Shown here: piece after piece, positions 26,727 through 36,535 of the stretch | Layout of the letters: every line of letters starts with the position of its first letter | Numbering within the stretch: position 1 is the stretch's first letter | Assembly: GCA_964447415.1 (NCBI GenBank) | Contig: CAYUSN010000001.1 | Location: 33,735-97,734 of the forward strand | DNA: 64,000 nt | Source of the DNA: an uncultured Candidatus Saccharibacteria bacterium | GTDB taxonomy: Bacteria; Patescibacteriota; Minisyncoccia; Phycocordibacterales; EsbW-18 | Direction: 5' to 3' | The notes under the pieces: generated by a model | The model's database searches: none | Told to the model about the DNA's origin: nothing | Seen by the model: the letters and a program-made list of their open reading frames with translations, nothing else | Position numbers and translations under genes: made by a program

Positions 26727-28451
26727 ATGGTTCAATTCGACGCGGAGAAAGAAGAGAAACAAAAACATAAACTGCAGCAGCTTCGTGAGCAGGAAGAAGA
26801 AGACGCGATGCGGATGCTTTCCGAGAAGTACGGACTGCAGTACATCGACCTGTCCGTCACCTCAATAGAGCCGGACGCGCTCATCATTGTTCCCGAACAG
26901 GATGCGCGTGAAGGCCAGCTTGCGGTATTCGATAAAAAAAACAAAACCCTGCTTGTCGCCGCGCATTCACCAGACAGTGATGCGACAAAAACAGTTCTTG
27001 CTCAACTTGCGGAGAAAGGGTACACATCTGAGTTGTATCTGACATCCACAAAAAGTCTTTCGTTTGCGTGGGAGCGGTACAAAGATCTCTCCTATTCGTC
27101 GGGAAGCACGAAAGGACTGCTTGACGTCGGCGGCGAAGACATCTCGTCGTTTGTCGAATCCGTGCACACCATCCAAGACGTCACAAAATACATCGAGGAA
27201 ACACTGAAGCTCAACCGTGCACACCGAACATCGCGCATCGTTGAAGTGCTCCTCGGCTCGGGACTTGCAACAAAGGCATCCGACATCCACATCGAACCGG
27301 AAGAGGTCGGTGTGCGCGTGCGCATGCGTCTTGACGGCGTGCTCCAGGATGTCGCAACACTCGATGCTGAAACGTACAAACTCGTGCTCTCACGCATTAA
27401 ACTGCTTTCCACACTAAAACTCAACGTCACCAACGAAGCGCAAGACGGTCGCTTTTCCATCCACTTTAAAGAAGTCAACATTGAAATACGCACCTCCATT
27501 CTTCCGGGCAACTACGGAGAATCAATCGTCATGCGTATTCTTAACCCCTCTTCTATTTCAGTGGACATCACCTCACTGGGCATGAGTGAGAACCTATATA
27601 AGGTCGTGCAGGACGCCATCCGCAAACCGAACGGTATGATTCTCACCACCGGTCCGACCGGCTCCGGTAAGACAACGACGCTGTACGCGTTTCTCAAAAG
27701 CGTGCACACACCCGACGTTAAAATCATCACCATTGAAGACCCGGTTGAATACCACCTGAAAGGAATCGTGCAGACGCAGGTGGACTCCGCGCGCGATTAC
27801 ACCTTTTCTTCAGGACTGCGCGCCGCGCTCCGTCAGGACCCTGACATCATCATGGTCGGTGAAATCCGCGACAACGAGACCGCCGAGATTGCCATTCACG
27901 CGGCACTCACCGGGCACCTCGTGTTCTCCACGCTCCACACCAACTCCGCCTCCGGCGCATTCACCCGCCTGATTGACGTCGGTATCAACCCGCGCATTTT
28001 GGGTTCCGCACTCAACCTCGCGCTGGCGCAGCGCCTTGTCCGAACATTGTGTGAGAAATGTAAAGTCGAAGTACCGCTTGAAGGAGAGGAGCGCGCGACT
28101 GTTGAACGCATTCTTGGAACTGTTTTCGATAAGGAAAAAATTGCAAGCGTGCAGAAGGAAAAGGTGTGGCATCCGAAGGAAGGTGGCTGTGAAGCGTGCA
28201 ACGGATTGGGTTACAAAGGACGCATCGGTATTCACGAGGGCATCATTATGGATGCGGCAATTGAGGATGTCGTCGAAACGTCGCCGTCTGAGCGTGAAAT
28301 AAAAAAAGCGGCAATACCGCAGGGTATCCTCACGCTGCCGCAAGACGCCGTCGTAAAAATTTTGCAGGGAAAGACAACCGTGGAGGAGGTCGCCCGTGTC
28401 GTAGACCTCTCGGAGATGCCGCCTTCGGCGGAAACCACGGACACGGTCTAA
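26727..28451 (+). CDS. pilB: GspE/PilB type IV pilus assembly ATPase
   Basis: ASDIHIEP, GPTGSGKTTT, TIEDPVEY, LRQDPD, CxxC..CxxC. Confidence 0.92.
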   Translation: MVQFDAEKEEKQKHKLQQLREQEEEDAMRMLSEKYGLQYIDLSVTSIEPDALIIVPEQDAREGQLAVFDKKNKTLLVAAHSPDSDATKTVLAQLAEKGYTSELYLTSTKSLSFAWERYKDLSYSSGSTKGLLDVGGEDISSFVESVHTIQDVTKYIEETLKLNRAHRTSRIVEVLLGSGLATKASDIHIEPEEVGVRVRMRLDGVLQDVATLDAETYKLVLSRIKLLSTLKLNVTNEAQDGRFSIHFKEVNIEIRTSILPGNYGESIVMRILNPSSISVDITSLGMSENLYKVVQDAIRKPNGMILTTGPTGSGKTTTLYAFLKSVHTPDVKIITIEDPVEYHLKGIVQTQVDSARDYTFSSGLRAALRQDPDIIMVGEIRDNETAEIAIHAALTGHLVFSTLHTNSASGAFTRLIDVGINPRILGSALNLALAQRLVRTLCEKCKVEVPLEGEERATVERILGTVFDKEKIASVQKEKVWHPKEGGCEACNGLGYKGRIGIHEGIIMDAAIEDVVETSPSEREIKKAAIPQGILTLPQDAVVKILQGKTTVEEVARVVDLSEMPPSAETTDTV

Positions 28452-28467
28452 AAACTTGCCAGAATGC

Positions 28468-28500
28468 GAAACCCCCGCTCCAGTATGGAGCGGGGGTTTC
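28468..28500. terminator. Strong hairpin, probable bidirectional terminator
   Basis: gaaacccccgctcca-gta-tggagcgggggtttc. Confidence 0.8.
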
Positions 28501-28520
28501 AAACGTTACAAAAAGTCGTA

Positions 28521-28722
28521 GTATGAGGTCAGATAGTCAGAAAGAGGAGAAATCTCTAAGCAAGACCACGAGTTTTGTTAAGGATACTGTTCGCTGCCCC
28601 GACATAATCGAGACAACCAACGGGTCCTCACGAAACTTGTGCATGAGGACCATGACGCTTGCTTAGAGGTTTCTCGTCTCGGAGACGGTAACCCTCGTAC
28701 CGTGTTTTTGTATTAAAGAGCA
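28521..28722 (-). ncRNA. Candidate structured ncRNA
   Basis: Minus-strand TTGACA-17-TAGGAT promoter (28756-28728), boxA-like start, 18-bp stem 28547-28564/28658-28675, terminator downstream. Confidence 0.5.
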
Positions 28723-28749
28723 GGAGTATCCTAGCATATTAGTTTAGAT

Positions 28750-29751
28750 ATGTCAAGTACCACCCAAAACGACCCTTCGGATGCTTTTTTTGACGCGTCG
28801 CTGCGTCCTGTGCTTTGGGACGAGTACGTCGGTCAGCCGCAGACGAAGGAAAATCTCCGCATTCTCCTCTCCGCTGCAAAGGAACGTGGACACGCACCCG
28901 AACACATACTCTTTTACGGACCGGCGGGCTTAGGAAAAACCACGCTTGCCCACCTCATTGCACGCGAACTCGGCGGCAACATCAAAATAACCTCCGGACC
29001 CGCCATTGAACGCGTCGGTGACCTTGCGTCTATCCTCACCAACCTCGCCCCCGGCGATATTCTCTTCATCGACGAGATTCACCGGCTCAACAAAGCTATC
29101 GAGGAAATCCTCTACCCTGCTATGGAGTCAGGCCGGCTGGACATCATCATCGGCAAAGGACCGTCGGCGCGCACCGTACAGCTCGAGCTTCCGCCGTTTA
29201 CCCTCGTGGCGGCAACCACACGTGTCGCACTTCTCTCCTCTCCGCTTCGCTCGCGCTTCTCCGGAGGCACGTTCCGCCTTGAGTTTTACTCCGAGGAAGA
29301 AATTCTGAATATTTTGAAACGCTCCGCACACCTGCTCGGCGTTTCAACGGACACCAACGCCCTGCGCGAACTTGCAAAGCGCTCCCGCGCTACACCGCGC
29401 ACCGCAAACTATCTTTTGAAACGCGCGCGCGACTACGCGCAGGTACACAAAAAAGAACTGTCGCTTCCCGTCGTGCACGAAGCGCTTGCACTTTTAGGTG
29501 TTGATGACAAAGGACTCACGCCGACGGACAAGAAGTTGTTATTGCTCATTATTGAAACATTCAACGGTGGTCCCGTCGGACTCTCCACACTTGCCGCGTC
29601 GCTCTCGGAAGACCCCGCCACCATTGAAGAGGTGTACGAGCCGTACCTGATGCGGCTCGGATTCATTGAACGGTCTCCCCGCGGGCGCATCATCACCCAT
29701 AAGGGACGCGCACATGTCGGCACGCCGGCGCCGCAGGAAAATCTTCTGTAA
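28750..29751 (+). CDS. ruvB: Holliday junction helicase RuvB
   Basis: LRP, GPAGLGKTTLA, FIDEIHRL, ATTR, PRGR. Confidence 0.96.
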   Translation: MSSTTQNDPSDAFFDASLRPVLWDEYVGQPQTKENLRILLSAAKERGHAPEHILFYGPAGLGKTTLAHLIARELGGNIKITSGPAIERVGDLASILTNLAPGDILFIDEIHRLNKAIEEILYPAMESGRLDIIIGKGPSARTVQLELPPFTLVAATTRVALLSSPLRSRFSGGTFRLEFYSEEEILNILKRSAHLLGVSTDTNALRELAKRSRATPRTANYLLKRARDYAQVHKKELSLPVVHEALALLGVDDKGLTPTDKKLLLLIIETFNGGPVGLSTLAASLSEDPATIEEVYEPYLMRLGFIERSPRGRIITHKGRAHVGTPAPQENLL

Positions 29752-29755
29752 TATC

Positions 29756-30280
29756 ATGTCCGGTCACAATAAATGGTCGCAAATTAAAGAAAAGAAAGGC
29801 GCCACGGATGCAAAGAAAAGCGCGTTGTTTACCAAATTGGTGAAACTCATCAAGACAGAGGCGCGGCTTGCACATGGCGACCTTAATTCCCCGTCACTGA
29901 AAGCGGCAATTGAGAAAGCAAAAGCGGCGAACATGCCGAAAGACAACATCGACCGTGCAATTTCGTCCGCAAACACAACCGCAGATGAAAAAGTGACGTA
30001 CGAGGCATACGGACCGGGAGGCTGCGCGCTCATCATCGAGGGACTTACCGACTCACGTAACCGCACCTCACAGGAAATCAAGCATGTGCTTTCAAAAAAC
30101 GGACACGCTCTTGCCGCACCCGGTTCGGCGCTTTGGGCGTTTTCTAAAAATCAAGACGGTGTCTGGCAGCCTGCAACCACTGTTCCGCTTTCAGACGACG
30201 ATAGCGCAAAACTTTCAGTACTCATCGAGCAGTTGGAAGATATGGATGACGTACAAGACGTTTACACCAACGCGGAGTAA
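29756..30280 (+). CDS. yebC: YebC/PmpR family protein (short, 174 aa)
   Basis: MSGHNKWSQIK, NMPKDNI.RAI, YEAYGPGG, DDVQDVYTN. Confidence 0.92.
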   Translation: MSGHNKWSQIKEKKGATDAKKSALFTKLVKLIKTEARLAHGDLNSPSLKAAIEKAKAANMPKDNIDRAISSANTTADEKVTYEAYGPGGCALIIEGLTDSRNRTSQEIKHVLSKNGHALAAPGSALWAFSKNQDGVWQPATTVPLSDDDSAKLSVLIEQLEDMDDVQDVYTNAE

Positions 30281-30289
30281 ACTGTTTGT

Positions 30290-30787
30290 ATGAAAGTGCT
30301 CGGCATTGATCCCGGATACGACCGCCTCGGACTGGCGCTTCTTGAAGGAACCCGCCAACACCACACACTGTTGTTTTCGGAGTGTTTTGAAACAGACCCG
30401 AAAGATCCGTTTGAGATCCGTCTGCACCGCGCCGTCTCGTATGTGCAAAAAATTTTAAAGACGCACACACCGGATACTGTTGCGCTTGAAACACTTTTCT
30501 TCAGCAAAAACCAAAAAACAGCCATGCATGTTGCGGAAACACGCGGCGCACTGTTGTTTGCAATCACCGATGCGGGCGCTTCAGTCGTGCAGCACTCCCC
30601 GCAAGAGGTAAAGGTTGCTGTTGCCGGAAACGGGCGCGGGAGTAAAGATGATGTCGCACACATGCTGCACAAACTACTTCCGCTTCCCTCAAAAAAAATG
30701 CGTGATGATGAATATGACGCGATTGCGGTGGCGCTCACCTGTATGGTAAGCGGGCGGCCGAAAGATACTCTGTCCACAAGGAAATAG
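30290..30787 (+). CDS. ruvC: Holliday junction resolvase RuvC
   Basis: LGIDPG, ALETLFF, E.RG, DDEYDAIAVA. Confidence 0.93.
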   Translation: MKVLGIDPGYDRLGLALLEGTRQHHTLLFSECFETDPKDPFEIRLHRAVSYVQKILKTHTPDTVALETLFFSKNQKTAMHVAETRGALLFAITDAGASVVQHSPQEVKVAVAGNGRGSKDDVAHMLHKLLPLPSKKMRDDEYDAIAVALTCMVSGRPKDTLSTRK

Positions 30788-30897
30788 CTGCGGGTATTGA
30801 CTGGAAAACTGTATTTGATACAACATAGTGCGCTTCTGCATCTGAACACTTTTAGTGTATGGAGGCAGTACGTTATATAACCGTAATTATGTGTTCT

Positions 30898-31086
30898 ATG
30901 TTTGATACCACCGAGTCCATTGCCACGTTTGTGGCAGAAGACGACGAAGAGGTTGTCGACCCAGCGCTGGTGCCGGGTGCGGGCCTCGACGATGAAGATC
31001 TGCTCGATGCCGATTTAGCACCGGATGAAGACTTAGAGGTAGATGAGGAGGAGGAAGAGGAAGAGGAATACGAGGACGCTGCATAA
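30898..31086 (+). CDS. Small very acidic protein
   Basis: D/E-rich 62-aa ORF followed by a terminator; start uncertain. Confidence 0.5.
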   Translation: MFDTTESIATFVAEDDEEVVDPALVPGAGLDDEDLLDADLAPDEDLEVDEEEEEEEEYEDAA

Positions 31087-31095
31087 ACAACACAT

Positions 31096-31125
31096 ATAAA
31101 AACACCCCGTACGGGGTGTTTTTAT
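31096..31125. terminator. Bidirectional terminator
   Basis: ataaaaacaccccgtacggggtgtttttat palindrome. Confidence 0.8.
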
Positions 31126-31208
31126 TTTTATCCAGCACTTAGTTTGGCACAGCTTTAGTTGAGGATATCTTATGAGATAAAAAATACTGCAGCAGAAAAA
31201 GTGCCAAA

Positions 31209-32459
31209 CTAGGTGCTGGATGAACCTTTTTTCTTCATTTTGAAGACAATCTTGAGAAACTTTTTCTTGCCGATTTTTATGATGAGCGGCTTTGAAATGA
31301 GCACTTTCGGGTCGTTGATTTTTTCCCCCGTTTCCATATTCTTCAGCCCCCCACCCTCAACAAGCCGGCGGATTTCTGATTTCGACGGTGCCATTCCTTC
31401 ACGAATAAGGACGTCCTCAAGCGTTGCGTTTCCGGTTACCGACGTTTCTTGAATATCCTCCGGAAGTTCCTTATTTGAAAAGACGCTCACAAATACCTCC
31501 TGTGCTTTGCGCGCATCCGCCTCCGAGTGATACAGCGTCACAATCTCGTATGCAAGCCGCATCTTTGCTTCGCGCGGCGGCAACTTGAGTACATTTTCAA
31601 TATCGGAAAGCGACAACTCCGTGCAGTCAATAAAACACTGTCGCAATCCGGCATCAGGGAGTCGCATAACTTTTGCATACATATCTTTCGGCTCATCGCT
31701 CATACCGATACCGGTGCCGCGGCTTTTACTCATCATTTTTTCTCCGGTTACCGGATCCTCCAGAAGCGTCGTGGTTATCACAAACTTCTGCCGCCCCTGC
31801 ATTTTTTCAGCAAGCGTCCTGCCTGCAAGCATATTAAACGTCTGGTCGGTCCCGCCGATTTCAACGTCCGCAGTAAGCGCGACGGAGTCATACCCCTGCA
31901 TAAGCGGGTAAAAGAACTCATGCACGTACAACGGCTTGTTTTCCCGAAGACGGCGCTGAAACGCGTCCCGCTGAATCATTTGTTGGACGGTAAAATTCGA
32001 CGCAATATCGGCAAGATCGGAGAACGTAAGTTTCGAGAGCCACCGGCTGTTAAACTCAAACAGTATCGGATTCTTTTTATCACTGAAGTCCAGGATTTTT
32101 CCAATTTGCTGCTTGTACGTCCTGAGGTTTTTTATAACCTCCTGCCGCGTCAAACGCGACCGAGCCGCCGTTTTATCGCTCGGGTCGCCGATCATCGCCG
32201 TAAAATCACCGATAAGCACAATAATCTTATGTCCGAGCGCGTGAAGCCGTTTTAACAGAAAGAAGTTTGTTGAGTGCCCCAGGTGTACGTACGGCGCGGT
32301 CGGGTCAATGCCGACGTACACGCGCAGTTGTCTGCCGGAAAGAAGCTCTTTCGTAAGCGCGCCTTTTGAAGGAAAAACTGAGTCCACAGAACGCGAAAGA
32401 ATTTCCTCAATGCGTGCTGGGTCCGCTGTTGTCTTCGGTGTCGGTGTGCGTTTTGCCAT
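31209..32459 (-). CDS. tyrS: Tyrosine--tRNA ligase
   Basis: GIDPTA..HLGH, YPLMQGYD, GGTDQ.FN, KMMSKS, C-terminal S4 domain. Confidence 0.95.
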   Translation of the reverse strand: MAKRTPTPKTTADPARIEEILSRSVDSVFPSKGALTKELLSGRQLRVYVGIDPTAPYVHLGHSTNFFLLKRLHALGHKIIVLIGDFTAMIGDPSDKTAARSRLTRQEVIKNLRTYKQQIGKILDFSDKKNPILFEFNSRWLSKLTFSDLADIASNFTVQQMIQRDAFQRRLRENKPLYVHEFFYPLMQGYDSVALTADVEIGGTDQTFNMLAGRTLAEKMQGRQKFVITTTLLEDPVTGEKMMSKSRGTGIGMSDEPKDMYAKVMRLPDAGLRQCFIDCTELSLSDIENVLKLPPREAKMRLAYEIVTLYHSEADARKAQEVFVSVFSNKELPEDIQETSVTGNATLEDVLIREGMAPSKSEIRRLVEGGGLKNMETGEKINDPKVLISKPLIIKIGKKKFLKIVFKMKKKGSSST

Positions 32460-32523
32460 ATACGAGGGTCAGTGTACCACATTTATATTTGTGATACTTT
32501 GCTATACTCAACAGGCAGATTGT

Positions 32524-34953
32524 ATGGTCAAAAAACAGCCACATCCCCGTTTTACACTTCTCCTTTTAGTGCTAGGTATCGGCGCCGTCGCCTTCGGCCT
32601 GGTGTTTTTGTGGGCAGCCTCGCTTCGCCTTCCGGATTTTGACGTGGCCGTCGACCGGATTGTTAAACAGTCAACAAAAATATATGACCGCACGGGCGAG
32701 GTGCTCTTGTACGATGTGCACGAAACCGTACAGCGTACCGTCATACCGTTCGACCAAATTACCCAACACACTAAAGATGCTACGGTCGCCATCGAAGATG
32801 AGGAGTTTTATGAACACGAGGGCGTAAAGGTTTCCGCCTTCTTCCGCGCCGTCCTGGTAAACCTCCTTTCCTTCCGATTCAGTCAAGGCGGCTCAACCAT
32901 CACACAACAGGTGGTCAAAAACGCGCTGCTCACTCAGGAAAAAACCATCACCCGAAAGATAAAGGAGTGGGTGCTTTCAGTAAAACTCGACCGGGAACTC
33001 ACTAAAGAGGAAATTCTTTCGTTGTACCTCAACGAGTCGCCGTACGGAGGCAGCCTCTACGGCATTCAAGAGGCCTCTCAGACATTTTTTCATAAAGACG
33101 CATCCGAGATCACCCTCGCCGAATCCGCATACCTCGCGGCGCTTCCGCAGGCGCCGACCTACTACTCACCGTACGGCGAACACCGCGACGCGCTTGATGC
33201 GCGAAAAAATCTGGTGCTCGAACGTATGTTGGAAAACGAGTTCATCACACAGGAAGAGTACGACACGGCAAAGACGGAGGTGGTTGAGTTTAAACCACGC
33301 CCCGAAAAACGGCTCCTCGCTCCCCACTTTGTTTTTTATGTCCGCGAAATTCTTGAAAAAAAATACGGGGCACGCGCACTTGAGGAAGACGGTCTCCGTG
33401 TCATCACCACACTGGACTACAAACTTCAGGAGCAGGCGGAACAGCTCGTGCTTGAGGGTGCAAAAGAAAATGAAGAAAAATTTAAGGCCGAAAACGCCGG
33501 GTTGGTTGCGGTTGATCCGAAAACAGGTCAGATCCTGGTACTGGTCGGTTCCCGTGATTATTTTGATACAGATATTGATGGGAACGTTAATATTGCGCTT
33601 GCAAAACGCCAGCCGGGGTCCGCATTCAAACCGTTTGTGTATGCGACGGCGTTTTTGAAGGGGTTTACGCCGGAGACAATATTGTTTGACCTGCCGACGC
33701 AATTCTCGACCAACTGTAAGCCGTCCGACACCTCACATGAAGACCCGTGCTACTACCCCGAAAACTATGACTCCAAGTTCCGCGGCCCCATCTCCATCCG
33801 CAGCGCACTTGCACAATCAGTCAACATCCCCGCAGTAAAGGCGCTCTACCTCGCCGGAATCAATGACTCGATAAAAACCGCACGCTCTATGGGAATTTCA
33901 ACCCTGACCGACGCATCACGGTACGGTCTCACTCTTGTGCTCGGAGGAGGTGAGGTCACCTTGTTGGATATTACGTCGGCGTACGGTGTGTTTGGAAACG
34001 ACGGGGTACGCAACCCGACCACACCTATTCTAAAAGTTGAGCGCTCTGACGGGACGGTGCTTGAAGAGTTCACTGCGCGCCCATCTAAAGTGCTCAATGA
34101 AAACGTCGCCCGTCAGATATCAGACATTCTCTCTGACAACGCCGCGCGAGCGCCGTCGTTTGGAACAAACTCCGCACTTTATTTCCCGAATCAGGACGTC
34201 GCCGCAAAGACCGGAACAACAAACGACTATCGTGACGTCTGGATTATTGGTTACACACCAAACCTTGCGGTCGGTATGTGGGGGGGAAATAACGATAACA
34301 CCCCGATTGATAAAAGTGTTGCCGGTTTTGTAATTGCTCCGCTGTGGCGCCGTTTTATGGATGTAGCGCTCCCCACACGGCAAACCGAGTCTTTTATTCT
34401 GCCGTCGCGTCCGTCGGTTTCTAAGCCGGTCCTCGCGGGAATCTGGCAGGGCGGCGTCGTACAAAAATCAACCAGATCCTCCACCACCGTGATTCAGGAT
34501 GTTCACGAAATTCTTCATTGGGTTGACCGCGACAACCCTCTTGGCCCCGTACCGAACAAGCCTGGCAGTGACCCCCAGTACACCTTCTGGGAATACCCCG
34601 TCCGCGCATGGGCAGCACGCAACGGACACACAACAGGGAAAGAAGTTACCGTCCCACTATCACTTTCCGAAGAAGAGGACGCTACCGAAAGTCTTGTACG
34701 GATAAGCGGGCTTAAAGAAACATACGATCGGAATGACACCCTCTCTTTTACTCTCCGCGCAAACACCGACGCGTTTTCATACGCGGAGGTTCTTATAAAC
34801 GGAGATAGTATAAAAAAGTCCGTCAAAGACGGCCGTGTGTCCCTGTCTCTTTCATCAATCACAAATCTTGCCGATTCTAATGTACTTTCTATTATTGCCC
34901 ACACCAACAATAATACGACTGAAAAAACCGAGTATCTTTTCTCGGTTGAGTAG
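32524..34953 (+). CDS. Class A penicillin-binding protein
   Basis: EDEEFYEH, GGSTITQQ, RKIKE, SAFK, SVN, KTGT. Confidence 0.93.
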   Translation: MVKKQPHPRFTLLLLVLGIGAVAFGLVFLWAASLRLPDFDVAVDRIVKQSTKIYDRTGEVLLYDVHETVQRTVIPFDQITQHTKDATVAIEDEEFYEHEGVKVSAFFRAVLVNLLSFRFSQGGSTITQQVVKNALLTQEKTITRKIKEWVLSVKLDRELTKEEILSLYLNESPYGGSLYGIQEASQTFFHKDASEITLAESAYLAALPQAPTYYSPYGEHRDALDARKNLVLERMLENEFITQEEYDTAKTEVVEFKPRPEKRLLAPHFVFYVREILEKKYGARALEEDGLRVITTLDYKLQEQAEQLVLEGAKENEEKFKAENAGLVAVDPKTGQILVLVGSRDYFDTDIDGNVNIALAKRQPGSAFKPFVYATAFLKGFTPETILFDLPTQFSTNCKPSDTSHEDPCYYPENYDSKFRGPISIRSALAQSVNIPAVKALYLAGINDSIKTARSMGISTLTDASRYGLTLVLGGGEVTLLDITSAYGVFGNDGVRNPTTPILKVERSDGTVLEEFTARPSKVLNENVARQISDILSDNAARAPSFGTNSALYFPNQDVAAKTGTTNDYRDVWIIGYTPNLAVGMWGGNNDNTPIDKSVAGFVIAPLWRRFMDVALPTRQTESFILPSRPSVSKPVLAGIWQGGVVQKSTRSSTTVIQDVHEILHWVDRDNPLGPVPNKPGSDPQYTFWEYPVRAWAARNGHTTGKEVTVPLSLSEEEDATESLVRISGLKETYDRNDTLSFTLRANTDAFSYAEVLINGDSIKKSVKDGRVSLSLSSITNLADSNVLSIIAHTNNNTTEKTEYLFSVE

Positions 34954-34954
34954 T

Positions 34955-35212
34955 TTACTGAATATCACGCACTATCCGCTTTCCGACCTCCTGTTCAAGT
35001 TGGTCGAGAATAATTGTTTTTTTAAATAAAAGGGTGTTTTTTACCGCACTTTCAAGTGTGCAGTACGCTACCGGACCGATAATACGTATATTCTTCTCCA
35101 ACACTGTTCTATTAAGCTCTTTTGAAAGAATGGTGCTGAGGTGTTTTTTTACCACACCGTCCGGCGGCGCAAAACGGGCGTATTTAGAAAGAAAATCACG
35201 AAGTATCTGCAT
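34955..35212 (-). CDS. DciA/DUF721-like protein
   Basis: 85 aa directly downstream of dnaN; K..IL..L.......V.DI pattern. Confidence 0.55.
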   Translation of the reverse strand: MQILRDFLSKYARFAPPDGVVKKHLSTILSKELNRTVLEKNIRIIGPVAYCTLESAVKNTLLFKKTIILDQLEQEVGKRIVRDIQ

Positions 35213-35213
35213 A

Positions 35214-36314
35214 CTATCGGTTCATTGGCATCACAATATATAGAAATGATTTATCCCCAACCGAACGAATACACGTCGGCTTTCCTTGTCCGGCAAACTG
35301 CAATACCACACTGTCTGATGTAATTGATTGTAGGCCGTCGAGTACATATGCGTAGTTAAAATTCATTTCAATGTCTTCTCCGTTAACTGCAGCATCTAAA
35401 CACATCTCACCCTCTCCTGTTTCCGGGTTTGCTGTTTTTATACCGCATGTTTTTTTACTATGTGAAACCGCAACGGTTAATTTATTAAACTGATCGGAAA
35501 AAATACGAACATGCTTCAACGCATCCGCAAGATCTTGTTTTAGAAGTGTTATTTCCGTTGTAAAACTTTTCGGAATAATTTGTTTATAGTCAGGAAATAC
35601 ACCCTCCACCGCGCGTGATGTTATATATTTATTTTCCAATACAAAACCTATTTGATGTACGTCGCCGGTTACGGTGACATCTCCGTCGAATGTGTCTAAG
35701 TGGCGGAGCATCTCTCCGACGTTTTTAAGTGGTATAAGAAGCGTCTCTAGTCCCTGGATTGTGTCCGCTTTTACCCGCTTCTCCGCGAGTCGGAATGAGT
35801 CTGTGGCAACACACACAATATACCCCCCGTCATTGTAAAGGTAGACGCTTGAGAGCTCCGGTTTAATACTTCCCAACGAGGCACCCCACCAGACGCTTTT
35901 TAGACCGTCACAAAGTGTTTTTGCTGAAATAGAAAAGAGTTTTTTTGAGGAAAGTTTTGGAAGCGCCGGAAAATCCTCATGTGAAAGTGTTGCTACCCGT
36001 GTCGTACTTTTTTGCGTACCGACGGTAATATATAACCCCTCTGTGGTGATAGTAACCGAACCTGAGGCGGTGAGTGTTCCTAACAGCGCACCAAGCGTGT
36101 CGGCAGGCACTGCAACCACACCATCCTCTTCAACCTCCGCCGGAACAGTTATTTCAATACCGAGATCTAAATTGGTCGCCCGTACCACAACCGTATTTCC
36201 TGAGGCAGTCAGAAGTACACACCGTAGTACCGGTAGTGAAAGATTTTTTCCTGCAACCCTCTCTACACCAACAACGGCGTTATACAGGTTTTCTTTTTGT
36301 ACGGTTATTTTCAT
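35214..36314 (-). CDS. dnaN: DNA polymerase III beta clamp
   Basis: ATNLDLGI, ATDSFRLAE, FPDYKQIIP, YIVMPM. Confidence 0.96.
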   Translation of the reverse strand: MKITVQKENLYNAVVGVERVAGKNLSLPVLRCVLLTASGNTVVVRATNLDLGIEITVPAEVEEDGVVAVPADTLGALLGTLTASGSVTITTEGLYITVGTQKSTTRVATLSHEDFPALPKLSSKKLFSISAKTLCDGLKSVWWGASLGSIKPELSSVYLYNDGGYIVCVATDSFRLAEKRVKADTIQGLETLLIPLKNVGEMLRHLDTFDGDVTVTGDVHQIGFVLENKYITSRAVEGVFPDYKQIIPKSFTTEITLLKQDLADALKHVRIFSDQFNKLTVAVSHSKKTCGIKTANPETGEGEMCLDAAVNGEDIEMNFNYAYVLDGLQSITSDSVVLQFAGQGKPTCIRSVGDKSFLYIVMPMNR

Positions 36315-36535
36315 AAATAAGAATTTATTATTACTATTAGCACGGTGAATTAGTGGATAAGAGAGAAAAAAAGAGTATAGAGATTATGTTTTTCAGTTAG
36401 TGGTGCGTGTAGAACTCTTTAATAACAACAGGTGATTTTTGAATAAGTTTTTTTAAATGGTACTAAAAGTATTTTTTTCCCCACACCACACACAAAGAAC
36501 TAGAAACTTATACATTTGTTATACACAGTTTGTTT
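36315..36535. other. Probable oriC (dnaA-dnaN intergenic region)
   Basis: AT-rich; DnaA box TTATACACA 36519-36527; near-matches 36352-36360 and 36477-36485. Confidence 0.7.

Noticed and set aside
29756-30280. Short yebC (and short holA) as pseudogenes
   Set aside because: Both termini are intact with no frameshift; consistent with streamlined CPR forms.
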